A stretch of 64,000 nt of DNA from Sphyrna mokarran (taxonomy: Eukaryota). The notes beneath the pieces are model-generated. The model was given only the letters and a program-made list of their open reading frames with translations. It had not been told where the DNA came from and made no database searches. Within the stretch, counting starts at the first letter, position 1. Each line of letters opens with the position of its first letter. This document shows positions 23,326 to 36,041 of the stretch, one piece after another. The stretch is from contig JAGIQG010000021.1 in the NCBI GenBank assembly GCA_024679065.1, positions 29,078,001 through 29,142,000 of the forward strand, given 5' to 3'. Both the position numbers and the translations under genes were made by a program.

Positions 23326-23454
23326 GTTCAAAAAAAACCCCTTGGTCGTTGCTTGACTGGATGAAGTTGCTGTTGAATCACTGACGATACAAATTGAACA
23401 TGATTGTAGATGAGTCCTAGGCTTCCTCATAAGAGGAACAAAATTACGGAAGAG

Positions 23455-23745
23455 TTAATTACGTGGGAGCATAGGTTTAAGGTGCAACGGGCAAGGTTTA
23501 AAGGAGATGCAAGAAGCAAGTTTTTTACACAGAGGGTGGCGGGTGCCACAAACTCGCTACCAGGAGAGGTAGTGGAAGCAGATCTGATAGTAACATTTAA
23601 GGGGCGTTTTGACGAATTCACAAAGAGGATGGGAATAGAGGGATATGGTCCCCAAAACAGGCAGAGGGTTTTAGTTCAGTATGGTCAGTGCAGGCTTAGA
23701 GGGCCAAAGGGCCTGTTCCTGTGCTGTAATTTCTTTGTTCTTTGT
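23455..23745 (+). mobile_element. CR1 LINE 3' end
   Basis: Translation HRFKVQRARFKGDARSKFFTQRVAGATNSLPGEVVEA is the CR1 ORF2 C-terminus; tail GGGCCAAAGGGCCTGTTCCTGTGCTGTA-(TTCTTTG)n. Confidence 0.9.
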
Positions 23746-24078
23746 TTTGTACTGAACACACAGATCAGAAACCTGAAGTGATTAACATTTCAATTGCCAT
23801 TAAACTAAGTTTTTATAGCTGCCAGAATAAACATACTGCTTTCTGAAAGCTAAGTAAGGTTTGCAGCATTATTTCCCAAATGTCCCAAACTCTTAATAAT
23901 CCTCACAGAATTTGATCTACTTTGACCACTGTAGGGAAGCAGTTTGGGGAATCCTAAGTTTAAAAGAAAATCCCTCTGTCTGTAATCTCATTCCATTTGT
24001 CTTCGCTATCTCGCCAGCAGTGATCCCTTTTCCAGAGTTTCGGGCTTCACCCCACACTGACCAGGGTAAATGTAATTG

Positions 24079-24110
24079 TGCAGGAATTGGAACTGGCCAC
24101 TAGAGGGAGG
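24079..24110 (+). promoter_or_regulatory. Candidate CTCF site with upstream module
   Basis: TGGCCACTAGAGGGAGG (24094-24110) closely fits the CTCF core; TGCAG at 24079-24083 lies at upstream-motif spacing. Confidence 0.45.
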
Positions 24111-24469
24111 TGGCAGGCACATTTTTGCCAATCTGCCAGCTCCTGGGAACTTCCTCCCTCTGAGATAAAAGCAAATGCCTGATTTATTATTAAATTACGT
24201 CAAAATATCTGCAGGATAGCTGTGAGAAAAAAACTGATTAAATTGATGTTGGTGGATTGAGATCAGTCTGACATCTTCACTGAGCAGTGAAAAATATATT
24301 TCTCCAGAGGCCAATTGGTCTTCAGCGCCTTCGTTGTTTTTGGACAAAAAGTGTAGGCTGCGGGTCCAGTTTCAGGTTGCGATTTCTCACACCATATCGC
24401 TACTGAAGTGCACCGGTTACCAAGTTGGATCAGCCATTTGCAATGCCCATGCAAAACAGTTGATGAAAA

Positions 24470-24700
24470 TCATAGAATCCTTACAGTACAGAAGGAGGCT
24501 ATTTGGCCCATCGAGCCTGCACCGACGACAATCCCACCCAGGCTCTAATCCCCCTGATACTAAGGGGCAATTGAAAGCGGCCAATCATCCTACCCTACGC
24601 ATCTTTGGACTGTGGGAGGAAACTGGAGCACTTGGAGGAAACCAATGCTGACATTGGTCCCTGGCGCTGTGAGATAGCAGTGCTAATCACTGTGCCACCA
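24470..24700 (-). mobile_element. HE1-like V-SINE, internally deleted
   Basis: CATAGAATCCTTACAGTACAGAAGGAGGC...CTTTGGACTGTGGGAGGAAAC...GCAGTGCTAATCACTGTGCCACC. Confidence 0.85.
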
Positions 24701-24950
24701 GACCTCCCTTAACCAGCTTCCTAAATCCCATTGAAGGGTCCCACTCTCAATTTTTCATTGCTGAGGGCAGGATATGTGTCTTATTGGGTGAAGCAATCTT
24801 CCCTCTTATTGGATGACAAGCATCAAAGCAAAATATGAAAGTTATTATTCAGTTAAAATCATGCACCTTGAAATTAAGATCCTAAAATGGGCAGGTCCAT
24901 CACTGTGCTTGGATTCAGGCCAATGTTCCTGCAAAAATAATTTAAAATAC

Positions 24951-25130
24951 TGCAAAAAGTCTGACAATATCGTGTTAAGGTCCAACACGAGCTTTCAGAG
25001 CGCTGCTCCTTCAGCAGGTGAATCAGGTTCTGAAAGCTCGTGATGCCAAATAAACCTGTTGGTTTTTCACCTGATGTTGTGAGACTTCTTACTGTGCCCA
25101 CTCCAGTACAACATCGGCATCCTCACATCA
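24951..25130 (+). mobile_element. PLE fold-back relic with 10-bp TSD and hammerhead-like motif on minus strand
   Basis: TTTAAAATAC at 24941-24950 and 25134-25143; minus strand reads TCAC-CTGCTGA-A-GGAGC-AGC-GCTCT-GAAA-GCTC-GTG; tail ends ...GGCATCCTCACATCA. Confidence 0.8.
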
Positions 25131-26539
25131 CACTTTAAAATACCATTACCACAGTTTCTCCATCAAGATACTTTCCATATATAGCGATGGGAGCAAAAAT
25201 GCTGAAATAATTTGAAAAACAAATGGATGCCACAATAAAAGGGGTTTTGAGGGTTTTTCTAAGTGGACGGACAAAGGTAGGTCACATGGTATTCATCAAT
25301 CATAATGTCCTATAATCACTCCAAACCTTCTTTGTTAAGTAGTGGAAAAACCCTGTGATACACTAATGGAGTGGAATAAAACCTGCTTTTGCATGCTGTT
25401 AAATATCATTAGCACTGCACACTATTCAGAGGTGACAGAAGGGAAATAAAATTGATTAATAGCCCCCAGATTTGAAAACATGAGAATAACACTCACAACT
25501 GGCAGAAATTTCCTTACTGACCTTTGATAGTCTAATTGTGGCTTTAGCTTTCATGTCATAAACATTTACTCACAGTCAGAGCTAACACAGTTACCTTCAT
25601 GTGAGACAGCAAGCAACCAGACAAATGGAAACATCAACATTAGTTGTTATGGTGATTATAAAAGGTTTTAATCTCCGCTCCACCCCTCAATTCCAGGTGA
25701 TGCCAAAATATCTTTGATCCCAACAACAAAAACATTCAGTAAGCGACTTTCCAACTTAATAAATGTGGCTGGGGACAATTATTCAGGCCCAGAGATTTAA
25801 TTTTTAAAAAATCATTCACGAATCACAGCCCTAACAAAGCAGTTTGCAACTTAACAGAATCTCAACAAATGTCAAGTGTGGATTTGCAGGGGCTTCTGAC
25901 TTAACCTGAATTATTTGTATGTAAACAAGTATCTTGACATGGGGGCTAACATAATGTAAGTTTGCGTCATGGGCTGTCTGTTCTCTGATGCCCATGATGA
26001 TAAGATTGTTGATATACATTAGTTAAAGCCGCTTTCTCTTTTTGATTTTGTATGCCTTCCACTTCTCACACAGGGTTGTTTGTAGACATGACTTTGTGCG
26101 TCAAGTACTTCATGGCCTGTTGGACAAATTAAAACAACTTTCACCAAACCTCTTAACTTTCACTCCCTGTAGAAGAAGCCAAATACAAAATTCATTTTCT
26201 TGCATCTGACAATGGGATAATTGAAGTTGGTCATTAAACTTCTACAGTGATTATCTTTCATGGTTCTTTACTGGCAGAATTTATATTTGTTTTGATAGAA
26301 AAATTGATTAGTATTTGTAATCAGTAACTGTGAAAGCTATAGTGTGGAAACAGAGAATGGGCAATCGCCACAATTAGATCTTTTCCAGCTTGCAATCTTT
26401 GATGTTGCTTTGCTTACCTTCACTGTATATTTTTATATATAGTTACAAAAACTGGACTTGCCATGTTGAGCTTGAATTAGGAACTTTAATTCATGACAGG
26501 GGTGCCTAAGGATGTTATACAATGTTAATAGTCAAAAAA

Positions 26540-26705
26540 TATGCTGATTAGATTGGCCATGCTAAATTGCCCATAGTGACCTGGGATGTGTAGGTTAGCG
26601 GGGTAAATGTGTGGGGCCAGGGGGATGGGGCCTGGCATGGAATTGTTGATGGTGCAAGCTCAGTGGGCTGAATAGCCTCCTTCTGAACAGTAGGGTTTCT
26701 ATGAA
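26540..26705 (+). mobile_element. HE1-like SINE 3' half
   Basis: GATTGGCCATGCTAAATTGCCC...GGGCTGAATAGCCTCCTTCTG...GTTTCTATGA. Confidence 0.75.
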
Positions 26706-26869
26706 CTGAATTGTGCTTTTCAGACTATGAACAACCATTAAACCAAAAAATATTTTCACTGCCTGTCCCCACCTCTTGCGCAGTACGCACAAATGTTGGC
26801 AACTCTACATCAAGCGTATAAAATTCTAAATTTGTTACCCCAAGAGATCTGATTGGGAAATGTACTTTA

Positions 26870-27020
26870 GGAAAAGCTATCTGCTGTCTTTACCTGATTT
26901 GGTCTATAAGTGACTCCAGAGCCACAACAATGTAATTTGACTCTCAACTGCCCTCAGCCACAAGTGATGGCAATAAATGCTGGCCAGTCAGTGATGCCCA
27001 TATCCCATGAATGAACTTTT
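26870..27020 (+). mobile_element. SINE family C 3' part
   Basis: ATCTGCTGTC...GTGACTCCAGAGCCACAACAATGT...GGCAATAAATGCTGGCCAG...CCCATGAATGAA. Confidence 0.75.
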
Positions 27021-27103
27021 TGAAATGCAAATCCATTGATAGATTAACTCTTCCTGCTTTATCTGGCTGCAGATAGGATCTAACATTGCTACTACTGGTT
27101 GCC

Positions 27104-27252
27104 ATGATGTAGAGATGCCGATGTTGGACTGGGGTAAACACAGTAAGAAGTCTGACAACGCCAGGTTTAAGCCCAACCGATTTATTTGATATATTTGTTT
27201 ACTATCAAATAAATCGGTTGGACTTTAACTTGGTATTGTCAGATTTCTTACT
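27104..27252 (-). mobile_element. PLE fold-back relic (tail on left), 10-bp TSD-like repeat
   Basis: TGATGTAGAGATGCCG is the reverse complement of the tail; ~50-bp inverted arms 27141-27191 and 27203-27252; TACTACTGGT at 27090-27099 and 27249-27258. Confidence 0.8.
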
Positions 27253-27594
27253 ACTGGTAAGAAGTACCAGTAGTACCAGAAGTACCAGAAGGTTGCTACA
27301 AGAGTCCTTGGTCTTGTGATGATTCAGGGATTCCTTGGTGCAACTCATCACCCTTAGCTAAGGGTTTCCAAAAATTTAAACAATGCAGTGATTGTCTAAA
27401 AGTTACACTCCTAAGATCACATTGCTTCTTTAATCAGCAATAAGCCATCTAAAAGGGGAAAGGGTTTGGAAGAGGTTTTCAATGCATTTTTCACAGGAAA
27501 TTTGGATCTTCCATACATCTGCTTTAATCTGTATGACATGGTCATCACAAAATCAGCTAGTCATAGAAAAGCTGAATGTACATAATACCATACT

Positions 27595-27968
27595 TTTATT
27601 TTATTCATTCATGGGAATAGGCTTCACTGGATAGCCAACATTTATTGCCCATTGCTAGTTGCCCTTGAACTAAGTGGTTCACTAGGAAGCAGTTGAAAAT
27701 CAATCACATTGCTGTGGGTCTGGAACCACATTAGATCAGACCAGATAAGAAAGGCAGATTGCCTTTTCTAAAGGACAATAGTGAATCAGATGGTTCAGAT
27801 GGCTTTTTCCAACGATTGACAATAGTTTTATGGTCATCAGTAGATCCTTAATTCTATATTTTTATTGAATTGAAATTCACCGGGGATTCGAACCCAAATC
27901 CCCAGAACATTAGCTGAGTTGCTGGATTAATAGCCTAGTGATAATGCCACTTGCCAATCATCTTCCCA
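27595..27968 (-). mobile_element. SINE family C
   Basis: CATTTATTGCCCAT...CACATTGCTGTGGGTCTGG...GGGATTCGAACCC...CTGGATTAATAG. Confidence 0.85.
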
Positions 27969-29720
27969 GATTGACCTAGGTTTAATCACTAAAAGCATAG
28001 AAACACATTACCATTACATTATAGTCATAACAGAATAAACAAATCAACAAATTACCAATTTGCAATATCAGTGACCTTAACATTTCTAATAAATTTTGTG
28101 AGCCGCATTGCACTGGTATAAAAACATCCAGCTTAGCTTCCATTTTGTTTGATCTTTTGTTCTACATCCTTCACTATCAACACTTCTTTCCGTATCTTCC
28201 CTTCTGTAAATTTTTCAGCTCTTCCACTTCACTGAACTCTATTTATCCCAGTATCCAATGCTTTTACTCCCACAATTCTCAATGTTAGATACGTTGGTCA
28301 CAGTTGCCTCCTACAATCCACTATGTGCATAGCAATTCTATAGGAGATCAACCAAGTTTGTACTTTCCATTATATAACACATTCAAAGATTTTATAATGC
28401 AATTTTATAACATATCATTTTGAAAAATCCAATATTCATGATATTTTGAAAACGTATCTCTGTAGATTTTTATTGGTGCATTAAAAATGGTAAAATTGGA
28501 AGTCTTTGGCTTGAATTAGTGAGAGTGACATGTGACCCATAGTTTAATAACAAAATTATATATTTTATGTCCTCTTTTGAAAACCATGCTTTAACTAAAA
28601 GCAGCCCAAAAATCATGACCTGTAATTTCATACTTTTCATTAATACTTCTTCCTGACAAAATTGCTGATCAGATTTCCTTGCAAGAGATGTCTGCTCCTT
28701 TAGCTGATGTAACAGTGTCTCCTTATCCCTCACCAAAACCTCTTAATTATAACCATTATTCATCTCTCCCACATATAAACACTAACTGCCATACATTATA
28801 GGCTGCTTAGAACCTTGAGTTGTCCTACATATTATGCAGTGTGTACAGTCATTGCCAAACACTAGACAAAAGGAGATAGAAATATTAACTGAAGAACTCA
28901 TTTGCTCAAAGGAAATCTCATAATGGGTGGTCCTGTTCCAGAAAAGTGGGTTATTTAATGACAATGTTGAAACTACATTTAATTTTTGCTGCAATTACCG
29001 ATTAATTGCATATTAATATGTTTCAAAATGCATGGCATTAATTACCTCAATTCAGATATGGTCTATTTAATTGAGTGTGCTACCGCTTAGATGAGAGACA
29101 ATGAGGTCTTTTCTGATTCCAAATTAGTATGTTTGCATTTTCGGATAGGATTTTCTCACTAGCTGCACTGGTTGCACAGAACAGGAACAACTGTAAAAAT
29201 GGACAAGTTGGCATGAGCTATGCTTTGCATCCAAATCCTTCTCTAGTGCCTTCCCAGTGTTAGAGCACTTGGGCACTTTTGTTTTTATGTCCTCATTAAA
29301 TCAATGAAACAATAGTGACATACCCAACATCATATCCAGAGTTATATTTTGGGGTTGTACTTGTAGCCTGTAAAGCTCACTCTAAACAGGTAAAGAGAAT
29401 CTTATCATGTGTAGTGGAAGGCCAGTGGATTTTTTGTGTGTTTGTCTGTAATGCTATGCTTAAGGTTCTTTTTTCATACATCTTTGATTATGGAATCTTT
29501 TCCAATATCTCTAATGTTCTTTGCCATGGTACAATTGAAGAAATGTTACAAACTTAGGTAGTTGCATGATTGCTTTAAAAGCCAGTCATATGATTTGATG
29601 CTGATGTTATCAGGGTGTTGCACAGGTTGCTGTTTTACATTCAGTTTGTACTCTGTACAGGCCAGAGCTCTTAAAATATACTTGTTAAGTGTTGCTTTGA
29701 ATCTACATGTGCAAACCACG

Positions 29721-29890
29721 GATGGGATTCTCCAGTCTTCCAGATGCATGTTTCCTATCAGCAGGAGGTAGCGCATTATTTACTTGTAGCGGGATTCTCT
29801 GCTATCAATGGGAATTCCCGGTCATCCCACAACTGGCAGGAAACCACCGGGCGGGAGCGCGCTGCTGGAGGGACTGGAGAATTCTGCTGG
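29721..29890. mobile_element. MITE family B
   Basis: Terminal inverted repeats GGGATTCTCCAGTC / GACTGGAGAATTCT; CpG-retaining interior. Confidence 0.7.
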
Positions 29891-30371
29891 CATCAATGGC
29901 TAGATAGTTGTGGTCCACATCTTTTTTTGTTAAAACCCATTACCCCTAACATAGTTAGGACACTAAAAGGAGTACCAGGCATGGCAGGATTGTGCTCAAC
30001 TTCCAGTGAGCCTTGTCATAGGCACATGTGCATACACATCATGCAGCTTTATTGTGTAACAATGATACAATGTGCAAGCCCCTTGGGAAATAAGAGGGCA
30101 TCAAGGTTTTCAGTTTTACATTGAGATTGTAAGGTACACTGGGAGTATGAGAGGCTATGGGAGAATTCTGACCTCCTGACAGGGATGGTGCACTGCTGCA
30201 TTCTGGAAAGAGTATCTGGGACACCAAACAAAGCAACATCCTCTTCATCCATAGTTTGGAAGCTACACCAGTTACAGTTCCTGTTGACCACATAATTCAA
30301 TTGGGTTTATCTTCCTTTGGTTCTGGCTTGTCCTTTCTGCTGCTGCTCCTCATATTGAGTGACTACCAAAC

Positions 30372-30675
30372 TGTGGATGGCTCAGTGGTAAGCACTGCTG
30401 CCTCACAGTGCCAGGGACCCACGTTCAACTCGACCTCAGGTCACTATCTGTGCAGAGTTTGCACATTCTCCCCATGTCTGTGTGGATTTTCTCTGGGTGC
30501 TCTGGTTTCCTCCCACGATCCAACGGGTGAGGTGGAATGGCTGTGCTAAATTGCCACTTAGTGTCAAGGGGATTAGCAAGGTAAACATACGGGGATAGGG
30601 GCTGGGTGGGATTGTGGTCGGTGCAGATTTGAAGGGCTGAATGGCCTCCTTCTCTATTTTAGGGATTCCATTCTG
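30372..30675 (+). mobile_element. HE1-like V-SINE, CR1-type tail
   Basis: TGGCTCAGTGGTAAGCACTGCTGCCTCACAGTGCCAGGGACCC...GAGTTTGCACATTCTCCCCATGTCTG...GGGCTGAATGGCCTCCTTCT. Confidence 0.85.
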
Positions 30676-31009
30676 TGACTATTTTAAGCCCTTTGAAAGG
30701 CACAAGCATTTAGTTTGCTTTGTAGGTAAACATTGCCTTAAGTGACTATACCCTTTCAATTTTCCCAGCATTATTTCTTTATGGGGTTACGTTATTGCAG
30801 TGTTTTCTAGTTGACAGCACAAACATCAAACTGCAGGCATGGGCTGACTTGAGGCACACACAGCTCAAACTCTGCTCTCTATGCAGAAATGTTGCTCTCA
30901 GGAATTCAGTGCTGCAGCCCCACTCATTTTGTACTGGGACTGAAAAATCAGTTAAATTTGAACAGCAGATCACACTCAGACAGCATTTTTCATGTTGCAA
31001 AAAAGAAAA

Positions 31010-31440
31010 ACAACTTGTATTTAAAGAGCATCTTTCTTAATGCCAGGACAACCCAAAGCATTTTACAGCCAATACTTCCTGGAGTGCAATTGTGATGATA
31101 TGGGAAATGTAACAGCCAATTTGCACACAGGGAACTCTCACAAATAGCAATGTGATAATCGTCAGATGATGTTCTTGTAATGTTGACTGAGACAAAGATA
31201 TGATTAGCCAGGAACTGGGGACAACTTCCCTCATCTTCCTCCAAATAATGTCATGCAATCTTTTGCATCCGACAAAGATGGCAGAGGGCAATATCTCATT
31301 TGAAATACTGCACCTCCAACAGTGCGGCACTCCCTCAGTACTGCACTCGAGTCTCAGCTAAGACTTTTGCATTCAAGACCTGGAATAGAATTTGAACCCA
31401 TAACCTTGTGTCTCAGAGACAGAAGCTTAGCCACTGAGGC
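31010..31440 (-). mobile_element. Near full-length Deu-domain SINE (SacSINE1/AmnSINE1-like)
   Basis: GCACCTCCAACAGTGCGGCACTCCCTCAGTACTGCAC is the reverse complement of the Deu-SINE central motif; tRNA-like head near 31385-31440 and tail CCAAAGCATTTTACAGCC. Confidence 0.8.
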
Positions 31441-32199
31441 CCTTGCAGACATGGCAAGATGCAGAGCAGAACTGGACAACCATAGGAAGAGGAGTAAAAC
31501 TGAGGAAGATGCCTGAAAGTAGGTCCAAAGGGGGAGGTATTGTGAAGTGCTTTGAAGAGGCAAGTGGCAATATGGGGAGGGGGAAGTGTTGACGGGTAGC
31601 TGAGGTACAGGAATTCCGGAATGCAAAGGCAGGATGAGATACATGACATATGATATTTTAGAGTACTAGAATGCTGGAAAATATAATGAAGAAACAGGTT
31701 TCACATTTCAGGGAGATTGGTTCCATTGTATTTTGGCTGAGTGACAAAGGGAGGTCAGAGTGACAGCCACCCCCATAAATCACCCCTGAAGCCCTTGCCC
31801 CATCAGACCCCACTCTATTAGTTTCTTCCCCTTTACTCAGCCTGTTGTTCAATGGGCAGTTTCAAGATGCTCCCTTGGCACTTCGCCCCTTTTGCCACTT
31901 TGCAGGGTTAGCACTGTCAAGGTAGTATTGCCAAGAGGGCACTGCGATTTCCCCCCCCACTTCACTCCAGTGGGGTACAGGCACCAGCTCCCTATATAAA
32001 CTCCTCTGAAATGAAATATTTCTGGTGGCAGGGGAATTGGAGGAAGGGGAGTAGTGGGGGGAGATAGGGTAGCTCGGAGGCAGAGGGAGGAGAGACTTGC
32101 GGGCATGGAAATTTCAGTCCAGGGCCTGCTAATTATATTCAAATATATTAAAATACTCATTTATTCTGCTCCACATGGGCTGAGACAATTGCCCTCCCC

Positions 32200-32382
32200 C
32201 TCCCCATGTTCTTTTCTCTTGCCGGAATATCTGATCTCTCCCATTTTCCATGCTTGTTTACAAATTTCTTTTGGTAAGATCACCCCTGATAACTCTATTT
32301 CTCGCCCCACAGATGCTGTCTGATTCCATCATTTTCTATTTTTATTTCAGACTTCCAACATCTGCAGAATTTTTTTGCTTTT
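32200..32382 (+). mobile_element. Relic of the second Penelope-like family
   Basis: AACTCTATTTCTC...CACAGATGCTG...TTTTATTTCAGACTTCCAACATCTGCAGAATTTTTTTGCTTT, similar to 21865-21968. Confidence 0.5.
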
Positions 32383-34482
32383 GGAAAACATCGATTATAT
32401 TGAAGGCATTGGAAACATGAGTTTTCACCATGATAATTCCCCCTTGACCATTTTGACTGTTGGGAGATCACCATATTAAACTATCATTGGCCCATGAGAT
32501 GACCAGCTAAACCTGTGAAATCCTGTGCAAAGTTTCATTAACAAACCAGCAACGTGTCCAAATTTGTTGTGTGGATAATAATTTAATCGGCCACTACAAA
32601 CAGTTCTGTTACAATATTTTTAATGAAAACAATCAAACTCAAGTTACTAAAATACAGAATTTCAAAGAACAATATCAAAGGCAGCTGTATATATCAACAT
32701 AGGAAATGTGACTGAATTTAATCTCCAGCACGTGTGTTGGGTGAAAGCTAAACAGTTTCGTTTCTTCAGTCTCCGTATGTGGAAATGTCATTGTGAGAAA
32801 CTGTAGCTTAATTTTCTTTTGGTACTTTTCAGTACAACACAGCTACCTTTTTATTTGAAGGTTAATACTGTTTAAACATTATGAATATGTATTTCATATT
32901 TGTCATGAGCAAAGTTAGTAAATTGATAAAGGTAATATTAATCTTCATCCAAAGCTGAACTATCAAAGGTTGGGCAGCTCTCTTTCCATGCAAGATGAAA
33001 AATCTGGATTCCCCTCCACCCCTTGCTCAGTTGGATTGGGTTGCTGGGGCAACATGCCCAATGTTGAGCAGATGGCAGATTCTCCGGCTACAGAGGGCTC
33101 TGGTGTATGCCAGCGATGCAATCATATTCCTGGCACTCAAACAACATGTATGCAGAAGGAAAAACCCAGAAGGGAATCTTGTTGCTGCTTCATTTTGCTA
33201 TGAGGTGTTTTCTCTCCTGGTCATGAGTTGCATCGATATTAAAATTAAATTGGGGAACGATGGAGCAATCCTGCCAAAAGCACAACAAATGTGCCTAAAC
33301 GTTGCATGGGAATTGAAATGAATTAAAGAACAATGAGCTAAGATTTTAGATCATGATAGGTTTAACAACCATCATGAAACAAAATGATAAAATATCAATG
33401 CTCAGTGATTCACCTATCAATGGTCAATTTGTTGATCATTATCACTGAGGTTTTACATTTAAATTGAGGTGCTGGTTACCTCCAGCAGCTCATTCTGATT
33501 TTGGTATTTTTATTTTCCAACTTTAGCTTGGATAAACTTATAAGCTGCTGCAAGTTGGTGATAATGTGTCACTTTGTATTGGTGTATTAAGGGCTCAAAT
33601 TTCTCCTTAATGTAGTGTCTCCTTAGTGTACATCTTGCGAACAAATATTGTAGGCATGCGTGCCTTTGATACATGCACTTTCGGAAACTTCGGTAATGAG
33701 TTATCCATTACGCAAAAAAAATTAAGGCATTTCATTCCCTCCATCTGTGAGGTGATGTTATGAATACTGATGTCTTGCTGTTTTCATAAGCTACTTATTA
33801 AAAACCTTCACAGGCTCATTTCCATGGGAATCTAGACGTATTGAAATACATATAATACAAAGGAGTACTTATTAACAAACAATTATCTCTCACTCATGGA
33901 CCTTAACTGTTTTTTTTGTTAATTTGCCAATACTAATCTTCATGTCCCTTTTAAGTGCATTAGCTTTTAATGGAAGCATGTCAATTAATATTTTTGTGCA
34001 GATAAAATACTCAGTAGTAATGCATTCCTATTTAATGAAGCTGTGATTTTATTCAGAACAAACTTATCACTTCTTTTTGTCCAATCCTGTTACTGCAGTA
34101 AATTATGTATATTCTAGAATATAATGTGGATCTTATTCCAGGGTTCCCAGAATATCAGAACAACAAAGTGGTGCATCAAATTTGATTTGTGTTACGGTAA
34201 GAATACATTTTGCAATGGAGATCTAAGATCTGTTGAAGTTCTAGATGATGTATAAGAAAGCATTGATACTGCAGAGATAACTGACAAAAGGGTCAAACAA
34301 TGTAAGAGGCCATCGGATGGGATTTTAGGAAACAGCACATTGAGATGTGCACAAATACATGAACAAACACATTTATGCAACTGGATTTGTATTGCATTTT
34401 CCTTTCAGGGACTGCTATATATAGAAATGAGAAAGAAAAGCTTGCTATTATATTGGAAGAATCCTCCCAAAAAGTTTTTAAG

Positions 34483-34620
34483 GCCAGAATTCTTAGATCT
34501 CGTTCACTTTGCCATTGCTGCCAGCAAGAGTGGAGATTTTGGCGCTCAGCGACAGTTCCATTCACAGGAGCAGGAATGGAGGAGAATCACAGCCGCGGGC
34601 AAGGTCGGTGAATTCCAGTC
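34483..34620. mobile_element. Short MITE (family C)
   Basis: GGCCAGAATTC...GAATTCCAGTC termini; interior TGCCAGCAAGAGTGGAGATTTTGGCGCTCAG is mirrored at ~42220-42298. Confidence 0.5.
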
Positions 34621-34704
34621 AATAAAGTGTTGTCTCCAGCAGGAAAACTGCTGAGATTCTACTGAGCATCAGTGCAATTCAGTTCACAACTCATGCACAC
34701 TTAG

Positions 34705-34800
34705 AAATCAAAGAAGAACAAAGAACAAAACAGCACGGGAAACAGGCCCTTCGGCCCAATGAGCCCACACCGCCACCTCGATGTTCCCACTTCTACACGC
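34705..34800 (-). mobile_element. CR1-type 3' tail fragment
   Basis: (AAAGAAC)n-ACAGCACGGGAAACAGGCCCTTCGGCCC. Confidence 0.65.
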
Positions 34801-36041
34801 AATCCCTGTCCATGTTTATAGATCTATTTTATATATCTATAAAATCCTTTTAAAGTCTGAGGAATTTTCATTGAAATCTCTCAGGCTTAGAAATTATTTT
34901 TGGAATGGAATCTAAAGATATGGGAAATGCTGACTCCTCGGAGATTGGGTGCCCTTTTTAATGGGGGGAATGATCTTCAGACAGACACACACAGACACAC
35001 ACAACTACTTGCTAGCCAAGCACAGGAAAGTAGCCCATATAAAACAGCAGTTGTCTCCACTCGTGTCTACATTTGATTACCCAAGTGTGTATAACGTGAC
35101 ATGTGCAAGTTGACTTGGTAGGAGCAGGTCTAACCCTTGTGCAGTCCTTTGGAGAAGTATGCTACACCTTAGAGAAAGTATGGTTTCATAGAGTCTCCTT
35201 AGTTGGCCTCAGGATATTTTTGTGGGAGGTCAATTACCATTTGGAACAAAGGTCAAGTGCCTTTGGAAGAGATAAGGTATTCCTTGTAATTGTTCAAATT
35301 AGGCATGGATGTGTGTAACGTGCATAAATGAATTAATCATAAACCTCAATGGAACTCAAGGATGCAAAAGTGAATTGGCAAAGGCAACTGAATAAAGTAT
35401 CAAGGTATCCAAATGACTGCCTTTTAAATCTTTGAAACAAAAACGTCCAGAATGTTTAAAAATATCATTGCTTGCTTTTCATAACCTTCCATTATCACAG
35501 TAGGGTACTTTCCATTTCAGAGTTTGACTGACAGCTTTTTGCTTGGTACTATCAATTTCAATGATTGTTTTTATGAGGAATTGAGAACTTCAGTGAAATG
35601 TTTATTTCATGAAGGATTAAGCACTTGAATAGAAGGTTTGATTTTTGTTAAGGATACTGTTAGAGGAATATAAATGTCATGAATAGGTTTTTATGATTGA
35701 GGTGTTTTTTTAAAGACAGTCTGCAATAAGACACTTAGAACTTTATATCAACATGGATTCTGAGGTTTACTTATTGCGGATACAGGCAAGTTGGCATGGT
35801 TGGTGTAAGAGCAGAAAATGATGGGTGGCCTTGGGTATATATGAGTTTCTACCAAGTTGACATAGATGCTATAAAGAGTCTTGAGTACAGGGACATAAAT
35901 TGAAATGAAGGATATGAGCAGCAATTGGGTGTATAGAGAAGCATAGATTGTCATGAAGGTTATGATAGGTCATGGAGTGGTTAGAGGACGTTAGATGACA
36001 CAGGTTGGTATGAATGGGGCTTGGGAATTATATGGGGCTTC

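Noticed and set aside
28470-28745. Minus-strand coiled-coil-like peptide VRDKETLLHQLKEQTSLARK...MKLQ
   Set aside because: Acceptor context is purine-rich, donor GTCATG is weak and no homologue is recognised.
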